Origin: a virus
Taxonomy: Duplodnaviria > Heunggongvirae > Uroviricota > Caudoviricetes
DNA length: 64,000 nucleotides
Virus record (IMG/VR): IMGVR_UViG_3300037484_000445
Coordinates: 387,926 to 451,925 of that record
Reading direction: 5' to 3' (one strand)
Of this stretch, positions 37,252-46,932 are shown piece after piece. The notes under the pieces are model-generated. The model was not told where the DNA came from. It was given only the letters and a program-made list of their open reading frames with translations, and did not search any database. Each line of letters starts with the position of its first letter. Positions within the stretch are counted from its first letter, which is position 1. Made by a program: the position numbers and the translations under genes.

Positions 37252-37919
37252 GCTCCTTTTGGGTTCAATTGCCGAATAGACCTACGAAGATTGGTTTTGG
37301 CTCGTTGTTCGTAGATTCCTCCGCGCATCTCCGGTGACCAAAACACAGGGCCTTGATTGAACCGTTTCAAGATGTTGGCCCGAGCATGACGAAAGTCTTC
37401 GAGGCTCACATGCTGCTGATATTCTTGCCAAACACCGTTCTCGTAGTGATCAAATTCTTCCGAGGTCGCACCGAGAATAGCTAGGTCAATGTCCAGAAGT
37501 ATCTCAGCTTCTCGTGACTTCGGAGGGATTTTATGTTCCGAAGCACGGATCAATAGCGCAATCTTGGTTGAGTCCTGTTCGGATAGGCCCAACCCTCGCA
37601 ATGCCCTGTCTTCGGCAACGAAGGCGCTTTTGACCTCGTTATCATGTAGCTTCGGATCGTAGACGAAGTCATGATACCAAAAGGCCAAATCGATCAGGCC
37701 AATGTTTGGCTCTTTCGAGGGAAACACTTCATCTAAGACTTGAAAGCCAAATCGCAGGTGTTCGAGAGTGTGATAATGACGAGCCTCTTCTGAGTACCGA
37801 CGCAAGACTTCGTCAAAGGGCCTTGCCCCTAAGGAGGGCTTAGTCTGAAGCCGCGTTAGAGTAAGGCGCCAACGTTGTTGTAGATAGTCCCTCGTGGACT
37901 GTTTGCTGTCGATGGCCAT
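37248..37919 (-). CDS. HD-superfamily metal-dependent phosphohydrolase (COG4339-like)
   Basis: RHYHTLEH, WYHDFVYDP, DNEVKSA, LDIDLAILG. Confidence 0.88.
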   Translation of the reverse strand: MAIDSKQSTRDYLQQRWRLTLTRLQTKPSLGARPFDEVLRRYSEEARHYHTLEHLRFGFQVLDEVFPSKEPNIGLIDLAFWYHDFVYDPKLHDNEVKSAFVAEDRALRGLGLSEQDSTKIALLIRASEHKIPPKSREAEILLDIDLAILGATSEEFDHYENGVWQEYQQHVSLEDFRHARANILKRFNQGPVFWSPEMRGGIYEQRAKTNLRRSIRQLNPKGA

Positions 37920-37941
37920 AAACTGTGTGTCCATACACCAA

Positions 37942-38406
37942 TCAGGGCTTCCAATCCTTCGGCGGCGTCCAACCCGCAGCGAGGGCAGTAATGGCCCAAT
38001 CAGGCATAGGTTTATCGTGCCAACCAAAGTTCAGCGCAATGTTAGCCTGCCGCAAAGCAGCAACAGCATCTGTTCGACGCTCGAAGTACCACACACCAGA
38101 TTTATGGCCTTGCGTTACTTGGTCAGGATCGAGACCTTTGGCGAAGGCATCCACGGCCATAGTAGCCGTGTAGCAAGACCAGCTGTCCTCGGTCTTAGGG
38201 ACGAAGTTTTTCGGGTATTTTTCATCACCAAGACAACCGCCCATATCGGCTTCTTCTACGAGGTACCAGGCTATGAAGTAGCCGTAAGGCTGTTGGTGAC
38301 CGTTGGACTCGAAGATGTTGAGATACTCTCCCTCAGGAGCGACATAGCGCTTAACCTTCGGCGTCTTGGTTTTCGACGGGGTGGGCTTTTTGGCTGTCTT
38401 CGACAC
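37942..38406 (-). CDS. Hypothetical protein with Lys-rich N-terminus
   Basis: GGAG RBS before GTG; PDWA..ALAAGWTPP tail. Confidence 0.7.
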   Translation of the reverse strand: MSKTAKKPTPSKTKTPKVKRYVAPEGEYLNIFESNGHQQPYGYFIAWYLVEEADMGGCLGDEKYPKNFVPKTEDSWSCYTATMAVDAFAKGLDPDQVTQGHKSGVWYFERRTDAVAALRQANIALNFGWHDKPMPDWAITALAAGWTPPKDWKP

Positions 38407-38647
38407 GATGTAACGTCTCCAAAATGTACGGGGTGAATCCAACGTCAATTATGTTCAAGATCTCCCAAAGACCCTGCCAATCGATAGGGCCGTTCTCAAG
38501 GATGTCCTGTCCATCATCGCTAAGTAGTGGGAAGCCAACCAACTTCAAGACTTCTGCTTGAGCTGAGCTCAAGTTCGTAATCCGAAACCCTTCATGCAGA
38601 GCCCAAGAACCCTTAGGATAGGTCGGCGATCCGAGACACATCTTCAC
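38351..38647 (-). CDS. Hypothetical protein
   Basis: GTGA overlap with upstream gene. Confidence 0.55.
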   Translation of the reverse strand: MKMCLGSPTYPKGSWALHEGFRITNLSSAQAEVLKLVGFPLLSDDGQDILENGPIDWQGLWEILNIIDVGFTPYILETLHRVEDSQKAHPVENQDAEG

Positions 38648-38847
38648 GGACGTCGCGCTTTCTCGAGGCTACCAACGCCACGAGCCTTCAGAGCTTTTGC
38701 TACAGCCAGAGCTACACGTTGCTCCGACAAGACCGTATTGACCTTGGGGTTGGCTAAATGTTCGGCTTCGCTCCAAGCGAGAGGTCTCTTGGACCTCCAC
38801 CAAGTTAGGGCCGCTTTCTCTACTGGGCTGGCATCTCGAATGTGCAT
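38644..38847 (-). CDS. Hypothetical protein
   Basis: Class A motif 38861-38886; WWRSKRP..WS...HLANP..N. Confidence 0.75.
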   Translation of the reverse strand: MHIRDASPVEKAALTWWRSKRPLAWSEAEHLANPKVNTVLSEQRVALAVAKALKARGVGSLEKARRP

Positions 38848-38998
38848 GGTATGTCCCTAATACGTTCTGGGTCCTGAGAAGTTAAGGTCTTCCAAATCGT
38901 ACAGATTTTGGCTACTCGTCCGGCGTATCATTTTTAGTACCTTTCGCCGGGTTAGGTGTATATACATCTGCTCGAAGGTTCCCTAAGGAGACCCCCAC

Positions 38999-39356
38999 AT
39001 GAAAAGTCACAAAGTTCCTGGTTTTCGTTGCAGACCCTCAAGACGGCCTTTTGCCCAGTAGCCTTTGTACTGCTGTCGAACAAGAAGTGAAGAGCAAGGG
39101 TCTAGCGCCCAAGTCGATTGGTGTCGAGTACTTGGAGGGCCGCCAGAAGGTCGTCCTAAGCTTGGGCTACAACGAACTCGAGACCGGGTATCCGATCAAG
39201 CTGCAAGCCATCCGCTTGGGTAAATTGGGTTTGGACCCTCAGGCTATTGCGTCTGCCATGGAAACTGCAGCGGCGAAGGTCAACGGTGTTATCTGCCACG
39301 AGTTCTACGTCCTTGGAGACGAGGAGTATGTCTTGGTTGTGATGACCCTGGCTTGA
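38999..39356 (+). CDS. Hypothetical protein, frameshifted at A4 run 39002-39005
   Basis: AAGGAG plus ATG 38999; removing one A gives MKVTKFLVFVADPQDGLLPSSL joined to ORF 39051-39356. Confidence 0.75.
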
Positions 39357-39379
39357 GTTTGGCGTCACAGTTTGACGTC

Positions 39380-39418
39380 AGTTAAGGGCCAGAACCACAG
39401 TGGTTCTGGCCCTTAACT
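39380..39418. repeat. Perfect 19+1+19 palindrome whose right arm contains a class A CTTAA
   Basis: AGTTAAGGGCCAGAACCAC A GTGGTTCTGGCCCTTAACT. Confidence 0.9.
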
Positions 39419-39446
39419 ATCCTGACGATTGGTCGTATAAAGGCGC

Positions 39447-41162
39447 ATGACAGCTAGTCAGGTAGTCCGGGGCACGAGCATTTCTAGACGTGTGGCCGAC
39501 TTGATCATTAGTGCTTTGGTTGACTTAGGTACCGACACATTCTTTGGGGTCCCGGGTGGACCCGTGGCGCCTATCTACGATGCGATTTGGACAACCCCGA
39601 GGGCTCGCCTCATTGAATCCAGGCATGAGACCGGGGCAGCTTTTGCCGCGGCTGGGTACCAAAAGTCTGGTGGTCGTGTACCTTGTGTTGTGGTGACGGC
39701 GGGTCCAGGAGCCACCAATGCTCTTACGGGCGTCACGGCGGCTCATTTCGAACGTACTCCGATGATTGTCATCTCGGGGGATGTTTCTTGGGCAGCAAAG
39801 GGAGGCCGGCTACTGCAGGATTCAGGGCCTCAGGGTACCAACATCGAGGAATTGTTCCGAGGGGTGACCCGAATGGTCATTCGCATAAACCAGCCACAGT
39901 CGGCTACGGCCCAAGTGGTGGCAGCCCTTAAGGCCGCGACCAACCTCGAGAACCCGGGCCCGGTTCTTATTGTCGTAGCCATCAATCAGGCTTCGAGCCA
40001 AGCAATTTCCCCCGAGATAGTGTTGGGATCCGCGGTAGAGCCCAACCTTACGGCTGGTATTCCTGTGGTTGCTCAAGTCTTAGAGAAGTTGCTCAAGGCT
40101 GAAAGGCCCCTGATTGTGCTTGGTGCCGGTTGTCGATCAGCCAAGACCTTTCTAGAAACCCTAACCTCGGTACTCAAGATCCCCATCATAACAACCCCAC
40201 GAGCAAAGGGGATCCTGAACGAAAACCACTCCTGTTCATTGCGCCACGGCGGCTTGGCGGCTTCGATGTGGGCTCGGGAGTATACCCGGCGGGGTGTCGA
40301 TGTGGCCCTGGTCTTAGGTACCGATCTGGATGATTGCTCGATTGGTCCAACCCCCTACGTACGTGAAGGGGGTGAGCTGATCCACGTGGACTTGGATGCC
40401 AGGGTATTCAACCGTAACCTGCCCACAACATTGGGGATCGTGGCGGATGTCCAAAGTTTCATAGTGTCCCTGATAACTCTCTGTCGCGACAACGAGCTTC
40501 CCTTGAAGCAGGAAGTTCTTGATATCAAGGCAGAATCCGCCTTCGATGTGGCGACCTTTGCCGAGGACACAAAGACCCCTATTACTCCTTACCGGGCGCT
40601 GGCGGACCTTCAAAGGGCGTGGCCTAGTGCGATGTTTGTGACGGATATTGGGGAGCACATGCTCTTTGCTCTGCACTATTTGACGGCTACAGATGCCAGC
40701 AAATTCACCATTCACTTGGGATTGGGAAGCATGGGTTCGGGTATTTGCTCTTCTTTGGGGTTAGCCTTGGGTGCCCGGAACTCCAAAGTCGTCTGTGTTT
40801 GCGGCGACGGCGGCATGCAAATGAATGGGATGGAGGTCATGGTAGCAAAGATGCAGAAGCTGAGGATCCTCTTCGCTGTTTTCAACGACAGTCGCTACAA
40901 CATGGTCCACCACGGCTTTCGTCAAGTCTTTGGTCGGGAGATCTCCGTGGAAACCCCCTTGATCGATTTTCGTGATTGGGGAAGGTCTTTGGGGATCCCT
41001 TCTGAGAGGATTCTGCACCCGGGAGATATCACAGCAGCTTTGGTTGACCTGCTCACGGCAGAAGGACCTGCTATTTTGGACATCCGGATCGACAAAGATA
41101 TTCGAATGGCCGGCGGGGGACGCAATGAGGTCCTCCAGCAAATGAGCCTTACTCAGACTTAA
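39447..41162 (+). CDS. Thiamine pyrophosphate-dependent enzyme (acetolactate synthase-like)
   Basis: FGVPGG, RHETGAAFAA, TAGPGATN, GSMG, GDGG...NDS.YNMV. Confidence 0.95.
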   Translation: MTASQVVRGTSISRRVADLIISALVDLGTDTFFGVPGGPVAPIYDAIWTTPRARLIESRHETGAAFAAAGYQKSGGRVPCVVVTAGPGATNALTGVTAAHFERTPMIVISGDVSWAAKGGRLLQDSGPQGTNIEELFRGVTRMVIRINQPQSATAQVVAALKAATNLENPGPVLIVVAINQASSQAISPEIVLGSAVEPNLTAGIPVVAQVLEKLLKAERPLIVLGAGCRSAKTFLETLTSVLKIPIITTPRAKGILNENHSCSLRHGGLAASMWAREYTRRGVDVALVLGTDLDDCSIGPTPYVREGGELIHVDLDARVFNRNLPTTLGIVADVQSFIVSLITLCRDNELPLKQEVLDIKAESAFDVATFAEDTKTPITPYRALADLQRAWPSAMFVTDIGEHMLFALHYLTATDASKFTIHLGLGSMGSGICSSLGLALGARNSKVVCVCGDGGMQMNGMEVMVAKMQKLRILFAVFNDSRYNMVHHGFRQVFGREISVETPLIDFRDWGRSLGIPSERILHPGDITAALVDLLTAEGPAILDIRIDKDIRMAGGGRNEVLQQMSLTQT

Positions 41163-41192
41163 CTTCTTTGGTTCGAAGGCCGTATAACTGCC

Positions 41193-42035
41193 ATGAACCA
41201 TTTACCTGAGAACCATAGCGGAGCGTACACTGACGACCAGCTCGTGGGTTTATGGCTCTCAGGGAGGCCGGTTTCAACCCAGACGGTCTATCGTCCCGTT
41301 GTGGTAGAGTTCCTGAAGTCGCTGAGCAAGGGCCTTCAAGAAGCCACCGTAGCCGACGTGGTCGCCTGGACTGAAAGCCTTACAGGCTCGCCGGCCACCA
41401 AATGTCGCAAGGTGTCGACGATCAAGAGCCTGCTCTCCTACGCCCACCGAACGGGCTACAATGTGTTCAATGTAGGGCTTTGCCTTCGAGTTCAACGGCC
41501 CACGAGCGACCTTCATGAGCGCATCATCGAAGCTGAACAAGTCCCCTTGATTCTTGATGAGGCCGCCGCCGGACGTGACCGGATCCTTCTGAAGTTCCTT
41601 TATGCCTCAGGCGCCCGTATCAGCGAAGCCTGTTCGATTCGATTCGTTGACCTCCGGGGGAATCGCGTGACCCTCCAAGGTAAAGGCCAGAAGACCCGCA
41701 CGGTTTTGATTCCTGAGACCGTGGCTCAAGAGCTTCGATCCCTCCGTTGGGTATCGGACACCGAGCAAAGCCCCATCTTCAAGTCCTACCGGGGCCGCGC
41801 TCTCAACGTCCGAAACGCCCGGACCCTTGTGTCCCAAGCAGCCCATGAAGCCGGCGTCGAGATGAGCCCCCACTGGTTCCGCCACGCCCACGCTTCCCAC
41901 GCCCTGGACAACGGAGCCCCCATCCACCTGGTTTCCCAATGTTTGGGCCACCAGAATGTCGCGACGACCTCGAAGTACCTTCACGCTCGCCCGACGGATG
42001 GCGCCAGTAGATATCTCTCGATCCCCCAGGGGTGA
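41193..42035 (+). CDS. Tyrosine recombinase (XerC/D-like)
   Basis: SGARISE, GKGQK, HWFRH, LGH, Y catalytic set. Confidence 0.95.
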   Translation: MNHLPENHSGAYTDDQLVGLWLSGRPVSTQTVYRPVVVEFLKSLSKGLQEATVADVVAWTESLTGSPATKCRKVSTIKSLLSYAHRTGYNVFNVGLCLRVQRPTSDLHERIIEAEQVPLILDEAAAGRDRILLKFLYASGARISEACSIRFVDLRGNRVTLQGKGQKTRTVLIPETVAQELRSLRWVSDTEQSPIFKSYRGRALNVRNARTLVSQAAHEAGVEMSPHWFRHAHASHALDNGAPIHLVSQCLGHQNVATTSKYLHARPTDGASRYLSIPQG

Positions 42036-42056
42036 GTTTTGGTGTAGCAAAGATCC

Positions 42057-42764
42057 ATGACTATTGAAGAGAACCTGACGGTAGCCATACGAGTCGCCAC
42101 GGAGTACCGCTTACGTATTTGGGAGAAATTCCTCAAGGAGCATCAGAACCATGCAACCTTCAGGGCCATGAGTTGTCCCATGACCCTTCAATACGGATTT
42201 TCTTGCGCTTGCTCAGGGGTCCGAGAGGACTTCAACATAACCGTCAGGACCCTTGCCCAAACCCTTCCTGAGGCCCGGGACTTCTTCTTCCGAAGATTCC
42301 GAGCAGTTGAGGGTAGGGGCCGAAAGAAGGTGAAAAAAGACGCTAAATTGGCTTTGATGCGTTCTAAGGCCTTGTTGCACCGGTACTTGACGGCGGAGCA
42401 GCGGCGAGAATTGAAGGGCACCAAGTCTCTCACCCTACAAGCCCAAGACGGTAGAACCTACCTCCTCAAAGCGGGCTTGATTGACCTTTTGGGAGAGGAC
42501 TCCAAACCAACACACCACTTGTGCGTGGTGGCCAAAGGGCACGGTCGCATACCCGTTTACGACCTCATGTTGTCACATAAGTTGATGCTTGAGTGCTCGC
42601 CTGAGGACCTCTGGAAGATCGCCGTAGTCACGAAAGTGTCTGATCGTGAACTGGTTTTGAATGGGCCCCCACCACCTTTGAACCCCATCGAGGTGATTCC
42701 CGTTGAGGTCCTCGACAATCCAGTGGAGTGGGTTGAACAACGACTGCAGTGTGTGGAAACATAA
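42057..42764 (+). CDS. Conserved phage-type hypothetical protein
   Basis: Class B motif; LL..YLT.EQ...G..Y...LC...P..D.ML..KL.LE. Confidence 0.75.
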   Translation: MTIEENLTVAIRVATEYRLRIWEKFLKEHQNHATFRAMSCPMTLQYGFSCACSGVREDFNITVRTLAQTLPEARDFFFRRFRAVEGRGRKKVKKDAKLALMRSKALLHRYLTAEQRRELKGTKSLTLQAQDGRTYLLKAGLIDLLGEDSKPTHHLCVVAKGHGRIPVYDLMLSHKLMLECSPEDLWKIAVVTKVSDRELVLNGPPPPLNPIEVIPVEVLDNPVEWVEQRLQCVET

Positions 42765-42878
42765 AAAGTGATCGTCGTCTGGCTGTTAGTACGGATTTGT
42801 GCTTGCACTAATTAAGAGGCTGCGATAGAAACTGAGGACTAGGAGCTCCTCACACACTTTCTCGAGGAGTAGATAAAC

Positions 42879-43046
42879 ATGAGCAAGACATCCAAGAAGA
42901 CGTCCAAGACCACCGTCAAGTCCGCACCTAAGGCGAAAGCCACCAAGGCGCCAAGGATCGCCAAGAAGGTTGCGAAGAAGGCCGCCAAGAAGGTTGCAAA
43001 GAAGACCGCCAAGAAGGCCACCAAGGCCGCCAAGCAAGCAGCCTAG
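42879..43046 (+). CDS. Histone H1-like Lys/Ala-rich protein (55 aa, not in ORF track)
   Basis: GAGGAG RBS; MSKTSKKTSKTTVKSAPKAKATKAPRIAKKVAKKAAKKVAKKTAKKATKAAKQAA. Confidence 0.88.
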   Translation: MSKTSKKTSKTTVKSAPKAKATKAPRIAKKVAKKAAKKVAKKTAKKATKAAKQAA

Positions 43047-43324
43047 TCCAGATGGGGTCATCGTGATTGTGGGGCTCGTCGATTCAATTAGCGAGCCCTC
43101 TCACGACCCTCTCAGAAAGTTGCTCGGGGGTCAGGGCAACAAAGTAGCTACCTACATGTCGTTGTAATCATTAGGTATTGCCGTTATTTAGGTTCCTAAC
43201 CCGAGCCTTTTCTGGCGGATCTTTGTTTCAAGTTCCTCTAAGGAGGGCTGAGAACTTCGCGGTGAGGTATCCCCGAGTCCTCGGTGTATAGGAGATACGG
43301 AGGAATCCTCCGGAGTTAAGAATC

Positions 43325-43771
43325 ATGGGAAATCGACTGTATGTTGGCAATCTCTCTTACCATACAACGACTGAAGAACTTCGAGCTGAGTTCGCATCTT
43401 GTGGCACGGTGATCGACGCCAAAGTCGTGGTGGATCAAGAGACTGGCCAGAACCGAGGTTTTGGTTTCGTCGAATTTGGCACAGAAGCTGAAGCCACCAA
43501 GGCCATTCAAGAGTTCGACGGGTATGAGTTTGGGGGTCGCCAGTTGCGGGTGAGGATTGCTGAACCGAAGCCCCCACGGGGTTCGGGCGGACCGCGAAAC
43601 TTTGGAGGGGCACCCCAGGGCACACGACCCAGTGGCACCCAGGGACGCAGCTTTGGTGGTCCCCCAGCGGCTCCATCACAAGACTTCTCGAACAACCGAG
43701 GTGGTGGTGGTGGGAAACGTCGTGGTGGTGGCGGCAGCCGTAGACGCAACGACGACTCTGACTGGAGTTAA
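43325..43771 (+). CDS. RRM RNA-binding protein with Gly/Arg-rich tail
   Basis: RNP2 LYVGNL, RNP1 RGFGFVEF. Confidence 0.96.
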   Translation: MGNRLYVGNLSYHTTTEELRAEFASCGTVIDAKVVVDQETGQNRGFGFVEFGTEAEATKAIQEFDGYEFGGRQLRVRIAEPKPPRGSGGPRNFGGAPQGTRPSGTQGRSFGGPPAAPSQDFSNNRGGGGGKRRGGGGSRRRNDDSDWS

Positions 43772-43774
43772 ACC

Positions 43775-44038
43775 ATGGGCGTTCTAAAGGATGCTGCGGC
43801 TGAGTTGGAAGAGCTCTGTGCGGACTTCATCAAGGTTTTCAAGAACGACGACCCCAAAAAGAAGCTTGAAGAGACGGTAGCTCTTCTACGTAGGTTGACC
43901 GAGGATGACAACTCCGAGGATGTTCAACTCAGGGCTTTGATGGTGTACCTGGCGATAGTCAAGCACACTAAAGCCGGCGGCTCCGTGAAATTCGTGGGCA
44001 ATGGTCCCGACAGAACACTAAAGGTTCGACTCCGTTAG
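43775..44038 (+). CDS. Hypothetical protein (possibly ribbon-helix-helix-like)
   Basis: GGAG RBS, 87 aa. Confidence 0.7.
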   Translation: MGVLKDAAAELEELCADFIKVFKNDDPKKKLEETVALLRRLTEDDNSEDVQLRALMVYLAIVKHTKAGGSVKFVGNGPDRTLKVRLR

Positions 44039-44049
44039 GATTAAATGGG

Positions 44050-44087
44050 TTCGGGCCCCTAATACCTTTCGGCGTCAGGGGCCCGAA
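44050..44087. terminator. Hairpin between convergent genes
   Basis: TTCGGGCCCCT / AGGGGCCCGAA. Confidence 0.65.
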
Positions 44088-44103
44088 GTCCGTTCAGGCG
44101 AGA

Positions 44104-44718
44104 CTACTTCTTCTTGCCGAAGACGTCTATTTGCTCGTCTTCTCCCGTCTGAAAAGCTTTCTTGGTGCGAGCACTTGTGACAATGGGGTAGTCGAGAACG
44201 GTAAGCTTGCCGTCGCCATCGAGGTCTTTCGGAGGGGCGACATCACCCTTGACCTCTCGAGGGAACCCGTAGTGGCTAGCCAGTATGCCACCCCACCATC
44301 CCTCGACCTTATTGGTGTACACACGCTGGCGATCCGTCAGCATGTCTTGGGACCGTTTGAAGTCGTCCCGACCTGACTCGATGACGTCTTGAACCTTGCG
44401 GTAGAGAGAAGCGTCGAAGTTGATGTTGCGATCCTTGAACCACTGGAAGGTAGCTTTCGATCCTTCGGCGCCGAACTTGGCTTGGGTTTCTGCAACGAGC
44501 AACTCTTTGAAGTCGTCCTTATACTGTGACGGGACTTGAGCTACCTCTTGGACTTTCTTCCAGAAGGCATCGTAGGTGTTCTGGTTGCTCTTCCATTGTG
44601 CTTTGACACCGTTTTCGGCTGCAACGGCACCGTCGTACCAACCAGTCATACTCAGGAAGATGGTGAGCCCAACGATAGCCGCACCGATACCAAGTGCTAA
44701 CAATACCTTATTCTTCAC
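44104..44718 (-). CDS. LemA-like membrane-anchored helical protein
   Basis: AAGGAG RBS, GTGA overlap; N-terminal TM then Y..AV..EN.VKAQW. Confidence 0.65.
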   Translation of the reverse strand: MKNKVLLALGIGAAIVGLTIFLSMTGWYDGAVAAENGVKAQWKSNQNTYDAFWKKVQEVAQVPSQYKDDFKELLVAETQAKFGAEGSKATFQWFKDRNINFDASLYRKVQDVIESGRDDFKRSQDMLTDRQRVYTNKVEGWWGGILASHYGFPREVKGDVAPPKDLDGDGKLTVLDYPIVTSARTKKAFQTGEDEQIDVFGKKK

Positions 44719-45770
44719 GACCACATTCTCCTTTGGCGTTCTTCGCCGAAAACATCCTTTTTGTGCATCAAAATGGTGAGTCCTATGCTGACGAGCAGCT
44801 GAATGATGACGAGCAGAGCTAGTGTTCCCCCTGTAGGTTGAGCAGCGTCCATCAGGTAAGCAAATTCGCTCATAGGGGTCCTGTGAAATTCTTGAGCAAT
44901 ACCCTGGCGAATGATGTCTAACACTTTGGGATCGCTGAGATCCAGTGTCTGGAGGTTGTCCCGGAGATGTATCTTCAGATCCTCTACTCGAGAAATGGTG
45001 ATAACTCGGACCCACTTGATGGCCCGCCCCTCAACCCCTATCACGAGGGTGATTGAATTCTTGGGGCCGTACAGCCACTTGGCCTCGAGAGCTTGGGCGT
45101 AGGTGGGATCGTTGATAGTGGTTAGGACCACGGTCACGTCAACCTGTTTAGTCGCGCCGAAGTCAGCATTAATCTCGCGGAAGAAGTCTTGCCACCCAGC
45201 GGGCACCGGAACGTCCAAGCCTATGACATGGTTCACTTTGTAAAGATTGTAGATCTTGGGGTACTTGGGGATAGACCCTAAGAACTTGCCCATATCCTTG
45301 TGGACGAAGAGACTCTCGGGATCTGCAAGAAGGAAATTCTGGTAGATGTGGGAGACGGCAGCGGGTTCCCCGACTCTAGCCTGGGCCCAAACATCGGGCG
45401 TGCTGTCCCAACCACTGCAATCCTCAACGTCTATGGTTCCTACAGTGGTCCTCAAATTCCAGTAATAGTCCGTCGTATGACTACACTCCTCGTGAGATCG
45501 GGTACACTTACCATCCTTGTCCTTAGCATCGCACTCATCGTGACAATGACAGCACTTTTGGGTACCATGGACCTTCTGGGTGATGCGACCGTTCAAGTGC
45601 TCTATGTCGCTGACGGCAGCGTACTTGGCTATGAACCACGAGGCAACTACGACAGTCACCCCCACCGATATCTGAAGGAGAAACTCCTTGGTCGTTATCG
45701 TGGCTTTCAGTAAAAAGAAGGCCACGATACTAACAACGACTGGGATGAAGATCAGGAGCAGGAAGTTCAC
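44715..45770 (-). CDS. Three-TM membrane protein with Cys-rich and TPM-like extracytoplasmic region
   Basis: Class A motif 45780-45806; translationally coupled to the LemA-like gene. Confidence 0.7.
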   Translation of the reverse strand: MNFLLLIFIPVVVSIVAFFLLKATITTKEFLLQISVGVTVVVASWFIAKYAAVSDIEHLNGRITQKVHGTQKCCHCHDECDAKDKDGKCTRSHEECSHTTDYYWNLRTTVGTIDVEDCSGWDSTPDVWAQARVGEPAAVSHIYQNFLLADPESLFVHKDMGKFLGSIPKYPKIYNLYKVNHVIGLDVPVPAGWQDFFREINADFGATKQVDVTVVLTTINDPTYAQALEAKWLYGPKNSITLVIGVEGRAIKWVRVITISRVEDLKIHLRDNLQTLDLSDPKVLDIIRQGIAQEFHRTPMSEFAYLMDAAQPTGGTLALLVIIQLLVSIGLTILMHKKDVFGEERQRRMWS

Positions 45771-45885
45771 GGGGACCTATACGGTGGGGGCTGCTAACAA
45801 CTTAAGTGCCAGCCGGTTTTTGCGTATATACACCGCAGGCCTAAAGGCCTGCTAGGCTTGGCCGTAAGTTGGTGTAAATAGACCC

Positions 45886-46926
45886 ATGCACGACAACTCA
45901 GAGACTAAGCTACAGCGGGAACGAGCCTCAGCTAACCTACGAGAGTTGTTGAAAGAAAACCCCACGCTTCAAACCCAGATTGGTACAAGCAAAGAGGCCC
46001 TGATAGCCTTAGGCAAGCAGCTCTGGCCTCTCACGTACAAGGGGACAGATTCCGATAGCCAAGCCTTTACACGATTCTGCGTGGCTCTCGAAATGGGCAA
46101 GGGCCTGTTATTCCACCCTACTTTCGCAGACGCCATGCAATACTTGCCGATGGAACAGCTGGCCAGTATCTGGTCAGCTAGATGGGCCGACCAAGCTTTC
46201 CCTGTTCTAGCCATGGGTCACAAGTACGCAGCTTCCTTAATGGCCACGTCGATCCCGTCCGAGTATGCCGCGGAGATCATTCCCCCGTTCAAAGCCTTCA
46301 TGATTGAAATCCCTAACGGTTTGATCGACGTCCGGGATGATCAGGGAGTTTCTTGGAATGTACGCTATGCCTTGGTTCAATTTCTGGAGAATATTCCCGG
46401 TGTTTTCGTTTGGAACTACGTGCTGATCACTGAGGGTTCAATCACCTTGTGGCGCCATGGCGTTCCGACAAACCTGCTAACTGAAGCCAAGCCGGAACAC
46501 GTAACTTCTTGGGAAGATTACTCTTTTTCTCTTAAGATCAATTCTCACGATGATCGAGTGAATGTGGTCATCGGGCGCTTGATTCTTGGTGCCTGTTTGG
46601 CCCTTTCCAGCAAGGACAGTTCCAAGCCAATAGGTAAGAGCCACAGCTGTCCTTCGGGCAGCCTCAGAACGTCTCCAGAGCCGCTCGTGAGGGTGTTTCA
46701 GCTGGGACGCCCCATTGTCGTTGATTGCCGGCAAACCATTAAGGACTACTTGTCCGGCGAGAAGCACTCGGCCCCTTCTGTGCAAAAACTCGTTAGAGGG
46801 CATTGGCAGCGGCAGCCCTATGGAGCTCAAAGCTCTCTACGTAAGTGGATTCAGAAGGAACCTTACTGGAGAGGCCCTGAAGGTGCTCCAATTCTTCAGA
46901 GAGTCATGCACCTGAAGGGTGTATAA
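45886..46926 (+). CDS. Conserved phage-type protein with C-terminal VRGHW.RQ.YG...PYWRG motif
   Basis: Class B motif 45871-45876. Confidence 0.8.
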   Translation: MHDNSETKLQRERASANLRELLKENPTLQTQIGTSKEALIALGKQLWPLTYKGTDSDSQAFTRFCVALEMGKGLLFHPTFADAMQYLPMEQLASIWSARWADQAFPVLAMGHKYAASLMATSIPSEYAAEIIPPFKAFMIEIPNGLIDVRDDQGVSWNVRYALVQFLENIPGVFVWNYVLITEGSITLWRHGVPTNLLTEAKPEHVTSWEDYSFSLKINSHDDRVNVVIGRLILGACLALSSKDSSKPIGKSHSCPSGSLRTSPEPLVRVFQLGRPIVVDCRQTIKDYLSGEKHSAPSVQKLVRGHWQRQPYGAQSSLRKWIQKEPYWRGPEGAPILQRVMHLKGV

Positions 46927-46932
46927 TCAGGA

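Noticed and set aside
41193-42035. Integron integrase with a cassette array
   Set aside because: No IntI-specific insertion and no attC-like repeats; the protein is a short Xer-like recombinase.
42786-43167. Track ORFs 42786-43061, 42839-43033 and 42970-43167
   Set aside because: Shadow frames of the repetitive H1-like gene.
42879-43283. tmRNA (ORF ending in AA followed by hairpins)
   Set aside because: The ORF has its own RBS and ATG, and no tRNA-like acceptor/T-arm ends were found.
44719-45015. N-terminal 99 aa of track ORF 44104-45015
   Set aside because: Overlaps the upstream gene; AAGGAG plus GTGA overlap puts the true start at 44718.
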